Of a stretch of 24,198 nt of DNA, positions 12,425-24,198 are shown one piece after another (positions within the stretch are counted from its first letter, which is position 1; each line of letters starts with the position of its first letter). The position numbers were made by a program, and so were the translations under genes. The notes below the pieces were generated by a model. It did not search any database. It was not told where the DNA came from and saw only the letters and a list, made by a program, of their open reading frames with translations. Location of the stretch: NCBI GenBank assembly GCA_964016885.1, contig CAXHJY010001056.1, positions 1 through 24,198 of the forward strand. Reading direction: 5' to 3'. Source of the stretch: Eledone cirrhosa. Taxonomy: Eukaryota.

Positions 12425-15400
12425 CAAACAAACAAATTAACAACACACCAAAACAATTAAAACCATCCACTCTCGCCTCTACATTTTTGCTTAACGCCCA
12501 AGGCATCAGCCCTTCCACCAATACTCAAAAATGGAAGATCAAATTCCTGGAGGACTGGATTGATGTCCATCCAAACCACATCCCTTTCTTCGTCCTCACT
12601 GAAACCCATCTCAGTAACCTCCACTTGGAAGCCGAGGTGAAAGTGAAAAATTTCAAAGCCATCCGTGCTGATCGCGCTGGCAGAAGAAAGGGCGGAACTG
12701 CCATTTATGTCCATAATTCTTTCTCAACAGAGGCTATGAACATATTCACTAATGGATACTGTGAGGCAGTCACTGTATTCAGTCAAACCAACAACCTATT
12801 AGTAGTTGGGCTCTATAGGCCACCCCAAACGCCTGTACCATGCTTCAAGGAATGCCTCAACAGCATAAAGTGTTTCATCCAAGAGTGTCACCCTGACAAC
12901 ATCTTAATGATGGGGGACTTCAACCTCCCCGGAGTTGACTGGTCCACAAACACCCTGCCACCAGGTTCTTCTGCCTCAACCTCTGACAGGGAAGCTGTGG
13001 AATCGCTTCTTGACTTCATGGATGATTTCTTCCTATCCCAACTAGTGCTCGAACCAACGAGGTGCCACAAAAACGTCCTAGACTTAATTTTCAGCAATCA
13101 CACTGACAATATCCACAATATTGCAGTGGAGAAAACTCTACTCTCTGATCATGACATGGTTCTCTGTGATCTGAGATTCCACCGTCCAATATACAAACCC
13201 AATGTCATTTCTCCTGTCCATCCGTTTGACGCTATGGATTTCCACAATGCAAACTGGAAGCGATCAGTCATGATCTTGCACATGTCGACTGGTCCTTCAC
13301 GCACACTCATACACCCACTAACATCAAAAAGTCCTGGCAGACATTTGTGGACACTGTTACAAACATATGTGCTAAACACACCCCATTAAGAACTATAAAC
13401 AAATCTAAGAGCAGAATCCCTAGAAATAGAAAAACGCTCATCAGAAAAATTAAGAGAACGAACAAAAAAATCAACAATCTGAAATACTGTCAGCAGCAAC
13501 ACATCAACTTGACTGCCATTTCATCACTAGAGATTAAAAAACATAACCTCCAAAACAACATAATGTCCCTCATCAACAATCAGAGAAGAGCTGAAGAGGC
13601 CTGGGCCATTGAGAAGATCAAACTCAATCCCAAAGTGTTCTTTTCATTTGCAAAAAAACACAAAATCACTGGCTCTACTGTTGGCCCTCTAATTGATGAA
13701 AATGGCACTCTTCAAGACAATGCTAAAACTATGGGTGAGATACTGCAGAAACAATACTGCTCTGTTTTCAGCAATCCTGATATGGCCGATCTGGGCTGTA
13801 TCGGCGATGTTACTCCCCATTACACCTTATCGGACATAACGTTTGGCGCCCCTGATGTCTTGGCGGCAATAAAGGAAATCAAGCATAATTCAGCAGTAGG
13901 TCCCGATAGGTTCCCTGCTTGTGTCTTGAAGGCGTGTCAACACCAACTTGCTTCTCCTCTTGCCAATCTGTGGCGGAACTCACTGGATGCTGGATATGTG
14001 CCAGAAAACCTTCTATCCCAGTCTGTTGTCCCAGTTTTCAAAAAGGGAAACAAATCCCTTGCCGTGAATTACCGTCCAATCTCACTCACCTCTCATATCA
14101 TTAAGGTATTTGAGCGAGTGGTGAGATCGCGAATGACCCACTTCCTTGAGAGTAACAATATGCTGAACTCCAACCAGCATGGATTCCGTAATGGAAGGGA
14201 TTGCCTGACGCAACTACTGCATCACTTTGATGACATTTTGAGAGCCTTGGGAGAGGGTTCCAACACTGATGTTATCTACCTTGATTTCAGCAAGGCCTTT
14301 GACAGGGTTGATCATAACATTCTACTGAGAAAGCTGTCCAATATTGGTGTCACTGGAAAGCTGCTGCAGTGGATCAAGAGCTTCCTGTCAAACAGAACCC
14401 AACATGTTGTAGTTGAGGGAGTCAAATCAAGCCCAGCCAAAGTCAGTAGTGGAGTCCCACAAGGCACTGTGTTGGGCCCACTTCTCTTCATCATCTATAT
14501 TAATGACATCACTGACATCATCAAACACAGCAACATTAAAATTTTCGCTGATGATTCCAAGCTCCAAAAGGTCATCAATGGCGTGGATGACCGGATAAGC
14601 CTTCAGTCAGACCTACTGGCTGTTACCCAATGGGCAGAAAAGAACAACATGTTACTGAACGAAGACAAATTCGAACTGATCCACTTTGGAAAAGAGGATG
14701 CTCTGAAACTCCCGTACTCCCTTCCCTCCGGGGAAACTCTCGTGGCATCTAACAACATCAGAGACTTGGGAGTAACCGTGGACAGCAACATAAGCTGGAC
14801 CACGCATATAAGCAGCAAAGTTGACATGGCCCGCAGAATGTGTTCCTGGATCCTCAGAACCTTCCAGTCGAGAGATTCCCGCACCATTATCCTTCTCTTC
14901 TCTACTTTCGCCCGACCACACCTTGAATACTGTTGTCCACTGTGGTCTCCCCACACGAAACAAAGTATCATGAAACTTGAAGCTCCTCAAAGGGCAATCA
15001 CGAAAAAGATAGATGGCATGTCAGACCTTGACTACTGGGGTCGATTGGAAAACCTGAAACTTTACTCACTCCAACGTCGCCGTGAGCGTTATATTATCTG
15101 CATGATGTGGAAAATGTTCCATCATCACTGCCCAAATGATGTTGGCATCGCCTTCAAGATACACCCAAGGCTTGGGCCCCGTGCTATCCGTCCCATTCAA
15201 AAATCTAAATCGCAACTCATAACAACAATACGGCACAATTATTTCACCTCAATCGGCCCTGCTCTCTTCAACATCACACCAGGACACGTCAAAACAGAAA
15301 CTGACCACACAAAATTCAAGAAGTCTTTGGACAAATTCCTCCAAGTAATCCCGGACAAACCACCCACACCCGGATATGTCTCCGCAAACAGTAATTCTCT

Positions 15401-15431
15401 TCTCGAATGGGCCATGGTGCCCAAATTCTGA
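12313..15431 (+). CDS. LINE-B ORF2: APE endonuclease plus reverse transcriptase, with one 1-bp frameshift at ~13256
   Basis: FLLNAQG, VLTETHL, YRPP, MGDFN, LDL, SDH; [32 protein letters not shown]. ORFs 12412..13389 and 13347..15431 join if one G is restored (AAC TGG [G]AA GCG ATC = N-W-E-A-I). Confidence 0.92.
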
Positions 15432-15506
15432 ATTGAAAGACTTCGCCAGGTGGTGCTATTAAGTTAGACATGGCCTGGGCCAATACTGGCCAAAACATTT
15501 CAAAGT

Positions 15507-15567
15507 TATATATATATACATACATATACATATATACATACATACATATATATACATACATATATAC

Positions 15568-15633
<66 letters not shown>

Positions 15634-15652
15634 ACATATATATACATACATA

Positions 15653-15693
<41 letters not shown>

Positions 15694-15744
15694 ACATACA
15701 TATATATACATATATATATATACATACATATATATATATACATA

Positions 15745-15799
<55 letters not shown>

Positions 15800-15909
15800 A
15801 CATATATATATATACATACATACATATATATACATATATACATATATATACATATATACATATATATACATATATATACATATATACATATATATATATA
15901 CATACATAC

Positions 15910-15958
<49 letters not shown>

Positions 15959-17035
15959 CATACATATATATATATACATACATATATATATATACATACA
16001 TATATATATATACATACATATATATATATACATATATATATATACATACATATATATATATACATATATATATATACATACATATATATATATACATACA
16101 TATATATATATACATACATATATATATATATACATACATATATATATACATATATATATATACATATATATATATACATATATATATATACATATATATA
16201 TATACATATATATATATACATATATATACATATATATATATATACATATATATACATATATATACATATACATACATATATATACATATATATACATATA
16301 CATACATATATATACATATATATACATATATATACATATATATACATATATATACATATATATATATATACATATATATACATATATATATATACATATA
16401 TATACATATATATATACATATATATATACATATATATATACATATATATACATATATATATATACATATATATATATATACATATATATACATATATATA
16501 TATATACATATATATACATATATATATATATATACATATATATACATATATATATATATACATATATATACATATATATATATATACATATATATACATA
16601 TATATATATATACATATATATACATATATATATATATACATATATATACATATATATATATATACATATATATACATATATATATATATACATATATATA
16701 TACATATATATGTATATATATATACATATATACATATATATGTATATATATATACATATATACATATATATGTATATATATATACATATATAGGTATATA
16801 TATATACATATATATGTATATATATATACATATATACGTATATATATATATATATATACGTATATATATATACATATATACGTATATATATATACATATA
16901 TACGTATATATATATACATATATACGTATATATATACATATATACGTATATATATATACATATATACGTATATATATATATATATATACATATACGTATA
17001 TATATATATATACATATACGTATATATATATACAT
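15507..17035. repeat. Compound (TA)n(CA) microsatellite array with TACA, TATG and TACG variant patches
   Basis: Direct reading; CG-containing units are confined to ~16837-17020. Confidence 0.98.
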
Positions 17036-18609
17036 AAGGCATCTGGGTCTGTAGGTCACACTATAACCACACGTATCGTTAACCAGGTAATACTAGAGGG
17101 GGCCATACCAAAAGATTGGTGCAGTAGCATCATTGTCAACTTCTACAAAGGTAAAGGCGATGCACTAGATAGAGGAAACTATAGAGGTATAAAGTTGATG
17201 GACCAGGTCATGAAAGTAACAGAAAGAGTTATAGCACAGCTGATTAGGGACCGGGTGAATATAGACGAGATGCAATTTGGGTTTGTACCAGGAAAAGGCA
17301 CCACTGATGCGCTCTTCCTTGTGAGGCAATTACAGGAAAAGTACCTAGCTAAAAGTAAGCCACTCTACTTGGCATTGTCGACCTTGAGAAAGCCTTTGAC
17401 AGAGTTCCACGTGCAGTAATCTGGTGGGCTCTTAGAAAACTAGGAGTAGATGAATGGCTTGTGAAAGCGGTACAAGCCATGTATAGGGGAGCAGTCAGCA
17501 AAGTTAGGATTGGCAATGAGTATAGCGAGGAATTTAGCGTACAGGTTGGGGTCCACCAGGGCTCTGTTCTTAGCCCTCTCCTGTTCATCATAGTCCTGCA
17601 GGCAATAACGGAGGAGTTTAAGACCGGATGCCCATGGGAACTCCTGTATGCTGATGACCTCGCACTCATAGCTGAATCTATGGTAGAACTAGAGAATAAA
17701 TTCCAAACCTGGAAGCAGGGACTAGAGAGAAAGGGCCTCAAAGTCAACATGACAAAGACTAAGGTCCTTATAAGTAGACGAGAAAACAGAACCCAGATCC
17801 CCTCAGGGAAATGGCCTTGCTCAGTATGTAGGAAAGGTGTAGGTAGGAACTCCATTCTTTGCCCCAAATGCAAACAATGGGTACACAAGAGATGTAGCGG
17901 GATCTCAGGAAGCTTAATTAAGAATGTAGGATTCACATGCAGCAGCTGTGCTGAAACAGCAAGCAAACAGCCAAAGGAAACAAGTACCACCAATCTCTGG
18001 GAGGGCCCTGTAGAAACAGTAGACAGCTTCTGCTACCTAGGTGACCGAATTAGCAACGGAGGTGGGTGCTCAGAAAGTACAATAACTAGGGTAAGAACGG
18101 GATGGAAGAAGTTTAGGGAACTACTACCACTGCTAGCTGCAAAAGGCTTCTCCCTCAGAATGAAAGGCAGACTGTATGATGCGTGTATCCGAACAGCGAT
18201 GTTGCATGGTAGTGAGACCTGGGCGCTGAAGGTGGAAGACTTACGTAGATTAGAGAGAAACGAAGCCTGCATGCTCCGATGGATGTGTAACAGTAATATA
18301 CGTGAACGACAAAGCATAAAGGAATTGAGAGAGAGACTGAGCATAAGAGGAATCAAATGCTGCGTGCAGGAGAGGCGGTTACGCTGGTATGGACATGTGA
18401 TGCGTATGAAGGATGACAGCTGCATAAAAAGGTGCAGAGCACTAGAAGTTGATGGAAACCGCGGAGTGGGGAGACCCAAGATGACTTGGGATGAGGTGAT
18501 AAAAGCCGACCTTACCCAACTACACCTCTCAAAGTCAATGACACACGACCGTGACTTCTGGCGTCACGCAGTAATACAGGGTACCCGACCTCCCATGGGT
18601 ACATGCTGA
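17036..18609 (+). pseudogene. Truncated RTE reverse transcriptase with a 1-bp deletion at ~17375
   Basis: Starts mid-ORF (KASGSVGH). ggcattgtcgac versus ggcatttgtcgac in copy 2 breaks [10 protein letters not shown]. Confidence 0.88.
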
Positions 18610-18910
18610 AGCATATAAACAATATGCCCCCCCCCCACCGCAAGGTGGTCGTGGAGGTGCCACGGCAAAAAAGCACCCAGCCCACACTGTAAAGTGGACG
18701 TGTAGGCGCCACGAAAAAGCACCCAGCACTCACTGTAAATGAGGTTGGTGTTAGGAAGGGCATCCAGCTGTAGAAATCAAGCCAGATCAGTTCCTGTATG
18801 AGCAAGGCATGGTCAGCCGACCAGACACTGCCCACAACAGGACAACCCGTCTAACCCATGCTAGCGTGGAAGAACGGACGTAAAACGGTGATGATGATGA
18901 TGATGATGAT
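17036..18910 (+). mobile_element. RTE-clade LINE, copy 1, 5'-truncated, with (GAT)n tail
   Basis: RT with [36 protein letters not shown]; ~300-nt 3' UTR ending GGACGTAAAACGGT(GAT)n. Confidence 0.93.
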
Positions 18911-19296
18911 ACGTATATATATACATATATATATATATACATATACATATATATACATATATATGTATATATATATATATATGTATATATATATGTATAT
19001 ATATATACATATATATACATATATATATACATATATATACATATATATAATACATATATATACATATATATATATACATATATATATATACATATATATA
19101 CATATATACATATATATATACATATATAACATATATATATATATATACATATATACATATATATATACATATATACATATATATATATATATACATATAT
19201 ACATATATATATATACATATATATATACATATATACATATATATATATACATATATATATACATATATACATATATATATATACATATATATATAC

Positions 19297-19393
<97 letters not shown>

Positions 19394-19394
19394 C

Positions 19395-19427
<33 letters not shown>

Positions 19428-19746
19428 CATATATATATACATATATATATACATATATATATACATATATATATACATATATATATACATATATATATAC
19501 ATATATATATATATACATATATATATACATATATATATATACATATATATATACATATATATATATACATATATATATACATATATATATATACATATAT
19601 ATATATATAAACATATATATATATAAACATATATATATACATATATATATACATATATATATACATATATATATATATACATATATATATACATATACAT
19701 ATATATATAAACATATATAAACATATATATATATAAACATATATAT
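18911..19746. repeat. Compound (TA)n(CA) microsatellite, TAAACA variant at its right end
   Basis: Direct reading. Confidence 0.97.
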
Positions 19747-19880
19747 GTAGATAAATCTACCAAGAGTTTACGGTAGTGTCCAATCCGTATGAAGAACTCA
19801 ATGTATTCCGGATATCATGGAAAGAAGAAATGTAATGAAAAATCACTTTCGGTGAAAGATAAACGGTATACAGAGTCAAG

Positions 19881-20101
19881 ATAAAATATTAAACAAATAA
19901 TGAATAAACAATTCCTTATATTAAACAAAAAAAGTTCATTATTTAATGATAGTTTGTATAATTTTGTATAATTTTGTACATAGATCTGTTGAATATGCAT
20001 GCCACTCTAACACATATATATCCTAGAAACGATCGTTAAATAATGAACTTTTTTTGTTTAATATAAGGAATTGTTTATTCATTATTTGTTTAATATTTTA
20101 T
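19881..20101. repeat. 66-bp perfect inverted repeats (19881-19946 / 20036-20101) around an 89-nt spacer; MITE/foldback-like
   Basis: ataaaatattaaacaaataatgaataaacaattccttatattaaacaaaaaaagttcattatttaa and its exact reverse complement; imperfect pairing extends ~12 bp further inward. Confidence 0.9.
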
Positions 20102-20528
20102 AAACATATATATATATATAAACATATATATATAAACATATATATATAAACATATATATATATAAACATATATATATATAAACATATATATATATAAACA
20201 TATATATATATAAACATATATATATATAAACATATATATATATAAACATATATATATATAAACATATACATATATATATACATATATATATATAAACATA
20301 TATATATATATACATATATATATACATATATATATATATACATATATATATATACATATATATATACATATATATATATATACATATATATATACATATA
20401 TATATACATATATATATATATATACATATATATACTTATATATATATACATATATGTATATATATATACATATATGTATATATATATACATATGTATATA
20501 TATATACATATATATATATACATATATG

Positions 20529-20573
<45 letters not shown>

Positions 20574-20574
20574 G

Positions 20575-20640
<66 letters not shown>

Positions 20641-20702
20641 CATATATGTATATATATATATACATATGTATATATATATACATATATATATATACATATA
20701 TG

Positions 20703-20748
<46 letters not shown>

Positions 20749-20756
20749 CATATATG

Positions 20757-20801
<45 letters not shown>

Positions 20802-20802
20802 G

Positions 20803-20850
<48 letters not shown>

Positions 20851-20930
20851 CATATATATATATACATATATGTATATATATATACATATACATATATATA
20901 TATACATATATGTATATATATATATATATG

Positions 20931-20976
<46 letters not shown>

Positions 20977-20978
20977 CA

Positions 20979-21022
<44 letters not shown>

Positions 21023-21125
21023 TGTATATATATATACATATATATATATATACATATATATATATACATATATGTATATATATATACATATATATATATA
21101 TATACATATATGTATATATATATAC

Positions 21126-21156
<31 letters not shown>

Positions 21157-21164
21157 CATATATG

Positions 21165-21196
<32 letters not shown>

Positions 21197-21204
21197 CATA
21201 TATG

Positions 21205-21236
<32 letters not shown>

Positions 21237-21275
21237 CATATATGTATATATATATACATATGTATATATATATAC

Positions 21276-21310
<35 letters not shown>

Positions 21311-21355
21311 CATATATACATATATATATACATATATATATATATACATATTTAT

Positions 21356-21389
<34 letters not shown>

Positions 21390-21479
21390 ATATATTTATA
21401 CATATATGTATATATATATACATATATATATATATATACATATATGTATATATATATACATATATGTATATATATATAC

Positions 21480-21514
<35 letters not shown>

Positions 21515-21561
21515 CATATATACATATATATATACATATATATATATATATACATATTTAT

Positions 21562-21595
<34 letters not shown>

Positions 21596-21605
21596 ATATA
21601 TTTAT

Positions 21606-21639
<34 letters not shown>

Positions 21640-21658
21640 ATATATATACATATATGTA

Positions 21659-21690
<32 letters not shown>

Positions 21691-21691
21691 C

Positions 21692-21740
<49 letters not shown>

Positions 21741-21890
21741 CATATATATATATACATATATGTATATATATACATATATATATATATATACATATATGTA
21801 TATATATATACATATATATATACATATATACATATATGTATATATATATACATATATATATACATATATATATATATACATATATATACA

Positions 21891-21930
<40 letters not shown>

Positions 21931-21935
21931 TGTAT
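20102..21935. repeat. Compound (TA)n(CA) microsatellite with TAAACA and CATATATG variant patches
   Basis: Direct reading. Confidence 0.97.
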
Positions 21936-22275
21936 ATTCATTCATTTCATTTTTACGTCTGCTTTTTCCCTGCTTCCAAGGGTGGGACGGGAACTGATTC
22001 TGGCTTGATTTCTACAGCTGGATGCCCTTCCTAACACCAACCTCATTTACAGTGAGTGCTGGGTGCTTTTTTGCCGTGGCACCTCCACGACCACTTTGCA
22101 GTGGAATGGTAGGGACCCCAGTCCCTATCATCTCATTTCTACAGCTGAGTAAACTGGAGCAATCTGAAATAAAGTGTCTTGCTCAAGGAAACAACACATC
22201 ACCCGTTCTGAGAATTGAACTCACAACCTTTCAATTGCAAGCCCAATGCTCTAACCAGTAAGCCATGTGCCTCCA
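21936..22275 (-). mobile_element. tRNA-derived SINE (~340 bp) with an RTE-derived 3' part and (AATG)n tail
   Basis: Minus strand: A-box-like TGGCTTACTGG (22255-22265), B-box-like GTTCAATTC (22212-22220), central CCTTGAGCAAGACACT motif (22173-22188), a segment (21990-22104) nearly identical to the RTE 3' UTR, and tail CAGACGTAAAAATGAAATGAATGAAT. Confidence 0.85.
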
Positions 22276-22280
22276 TATAT

Positions 22281-24198
22281 ATCATCATCACCGTTTTACG
22301 TCCGTTCTTCCACGCTAGCATGGGTTAGACGGGTTGTCCTGTTGTGGGCAGTGTCTGGTCGGCTGACCATGCCTTGCTCATACAGGAACTGATCTGGCTT
22401 GATTTCTACAGCTGGATGCCCTTCCTAACACCAACCTCATTTACAGTGAGTGCTGGGTACTTTTTCGTGGCGCCTACACGTCCACTTTACAGTGTAGGCT
22501 GGGTGCTTTTTTGCCGTGGCACCTCCACGGCCACCTTGCGGTGGAGGGGGGGGGGGGGCATATTGTTTATATGCTTCAGCATGTACCCATGGGAGGTCGG
22601 GTACCCTGTATTACTGCGTGACGCCAGAAGTCACGGTCGTGTGTCATTGACTTTGAGAGGTGTAGTTGGGTAAGGTCGGCTTTTATCACCTCATCCCAAG
22701 TCATCTTGGGTCTCCCCACTCCGCGGTTTCCATCAACTTCTAGTGCTCTGCACCTTTTTATGCAGCTGTCATCCTTCATACGCATCACATGTCCATACCA
22801 GCGTAACCGCCTCTCCTGCACGCAGCATTTGATTCCTCTTATGCTCAGTCTCTCTCTCAATTCCTTTATGCTTTGTCGTTCACGTATATTACTGTTACAC
22901 ATCCATCGGAGCATGCAGGCTTCGTTTCTCTCTAATCTACGTAAGTCTTCCACCTTCAGCGCCCAGGTCTCACTACCATGCAACATCGCTGTTCGGATAC
23001 ACGCATCATACAGTCTGCCTTTCATTCTGAGGGAGAAGCCTTTTGCAGCTAGCAGTGGTAGTAGTTCCCTAAACTTCTTCCATCCCGTTCTTACCCTAGT
23101 TATTGTACTTTCTGAGCACCCACCTCCGTTGCTAATTCGGTCACCTAGGTAGCAGAAGCTGTCTACTGTTTCTACAGGGCCCTCCCAGAGATTGGTGGTA
23201 CTTGTTTCCTGTGGCTGTTTGCTTGCTGTTTCAGCACAGCTGCTGCATGTGAATCCTACATTCTTAATTAAGCTTCCTGAGATCCCGCTACATCTCTTGT
23301 GTACCCATTGTTTGCATTTGGGGCAGAGAATGGAGTTTCTACCTACACCTTTCCTACATACTGAGCAAGGCCATTTCCCTGAGGGGATCTGGGTTCTGTT
23401 TTCTCGTCTACTTACAAGGACCTTAGTCTTTGTCATGTTGACTTTGAGGCCCTTTCTCTCTAGTCCCTGCTTCCAGGTTTGGAATTTATTCTCTAGTTCT
23501 ACCATAGATTCAGCTATGAGTGCGAGGTCATCAGCATACAGGAGTTCCCATGGGCATCCGGTCTTAAACTCCTCTGTTATTGCCTGCAGGACTATGATGA
23601 ACAGGAGAGGGCTAAGAACAGAGCCCTGGTGGACCCCAACCTGTACGCTAAATTCCTCGCTATACTCATTGCCAATCCTAACTTTGCTGACTGCTCCCCT
23701 ATACATGGCTTGTACCGCTTTCACAAGCCATTCATCTACTCCTAGTTTTCTAAGAGCCCACCAGATTACTGCACGTGGAACTCTGTCAAAGGCTTTCTCA
23801 AGGTCGACAAATGCCAAGTAGAGTGGCTTACTTTTAGCTAGGTACTTTTCCTGTAATTGCCTCACAAGGAAGAGGGCATCAGTGGTGCCTTTCCCTGGTA
23901 CAAACCCAAATTGCATCTCGTCTATATTCACCCGGTCCCTAATCAGCTGTGCTATAACTCTTTCTGTTACTTTCATGACCTGGTCCATCAACTTTATACC
24001 TCTATAGTTTCCTCTATCTAGTGCATCGCCTTTACCTTTGTAGCAGTTGACAATGATGCTACTGCACCAATCTTTTGGTATGGCCCCCTCTAGTATTACC
24101 TGGTTAACGATACGTGTGGTTATAGTGTGACCTACAGACCCAGATGCCTTCAGCATCTCGGCAGCTATACCCGATGGACCGGTTGCCTTCCCTATCTT
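22281..24198 (-). mobile_element. RTE-clade LINE, copy 2, continuing beyond the window edge
   Basis: Reverse complement of copy 1 over 22281-24150 with about a dozen differences; short (GAT)n tail at 22281-22290. Confidence 0.94.
22576..24198 (-). CDS. RTE reverse transcriptase (partial, uninterrupted) containing a PHD finger
   Basis: The frame is open to the window edge (KIGKATGPSGIAAEMLK...), so the ATG at 24156 is internal; [14 protein letters not shown] and FCYLG are present. Confidence 0.92.
   Translation of the reverse strand, partial: KIGKATGPSGIAAEMLKASGSVGHTITTRIVNQVILEGAIPKDWCSSIIVNCYKGKGDALDRGNYRGIKLMDQVMKVTERVIAQLIRDRVNIDEMQFGFVPGKGTTDALFLVRQLQEKYLAKSKPLYLAFVDLEKAFDRVPRAVIWWALRKLGVDEWLVKAVQAMYRGAVSKVRIGNEYSEEFSVQVGVHQGSVLSPLLFIIVLQAITEEFKTGCPWELLYADDLALIAESMVELENKFQTWKQGLERKGLKVNMTKTKVLVSRRENRTQIPSGKWPCSVCRKGVGRNSILCPKCKQWVHKRCSGISGSLIKNVGFTCSSCAETASKQPQETSTTNLWEGPVETVDSFCYLGDRISNGGGCSESTITRVRTGWKKFRELLPLLAAKGFSLRMKGRLYDACIRTAMLHGSETWALKVEDLRRLERNEACMLRWMCNSNIRERQSIKELRERLSIRGIKCCVQERRLRWYGHVMRMKDDSCIKRCRALEVDGNRGVGRPKMTWDEVIKADLTQLHLSKSMTHDRDFWRHAVIQGTRPPMGTC

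Larger units (their letters stand above)
10957..15506 (+). mobile_element. LINE-B: apparently full-length CR1/L2-group non-LTR retrotransposon, a different family from LINE-A
   Basis: ~277-bp 5' UTR, ORF1, APE-RT ORF2, ~75-nt 3' UTR; TA arrays on both sides. Confidence 0.92.

Noticed and set aside
15316-22034. Further Y/I-rich ORFs, including the apparent 649-aa YI-repeat/RT fusion 15470..17419
   Set aside because: Microsatellite frames; the fusion is a chance in-frame join to the 5'-truncated RTE
22200-22275. Possible tRNA gene on the minus strand
   Set aside because: A/B boxes are present but it continues into a SINE core and LINE-derived tail; no convincing acceptor stem
17036-24198. RTE pair as terminal inverted repeats of one composite transposon
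   Set aside because: Each copy has its own tail and flanks, copy 1 has its own apparent TSD, and copy 2 extends further 5'

Overview
Eukaryotic, repeat-saturated DNA with no recognisable host gene. The repeat content suggests a coleoid cephalopod such as Octopus (inference from remembered SINE tails, not verified). About 9.5 kb of compound (TA)n/(TACA) microsatellite hosts several insertions: two divergent, near-complete CR1/L2-group LINEs (ORF1 with a Myb/SANT-like domain and CCCH finger(s); ORF2 APE endonuclease-RT); two ~99% identical RTE LINE copies in convergent orientation with a PHD finger inside the RT; a tRNA-derived SINE carrying the 3' UTR of that RTE; a 609-bp near-perfect palindrome; and a second island with 66-bp inverted repeats. 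The main observation is that both CR1/L2-group LINEs have an ORF2 in the -1 frame overlapping ORF1, with no AUG before the first endonuclease motif. Both also carry the same U UUU UUA slippery heptamer in the ORF1 phase inside the overlap. This points to retrovirus-style programmed -1 frameshifting that would make a Myb-CCCH-EN-RT fusion protein, possibly aimed at (TA)n arrays. All Y/I-rich ORFs are microsatellite artefacts.
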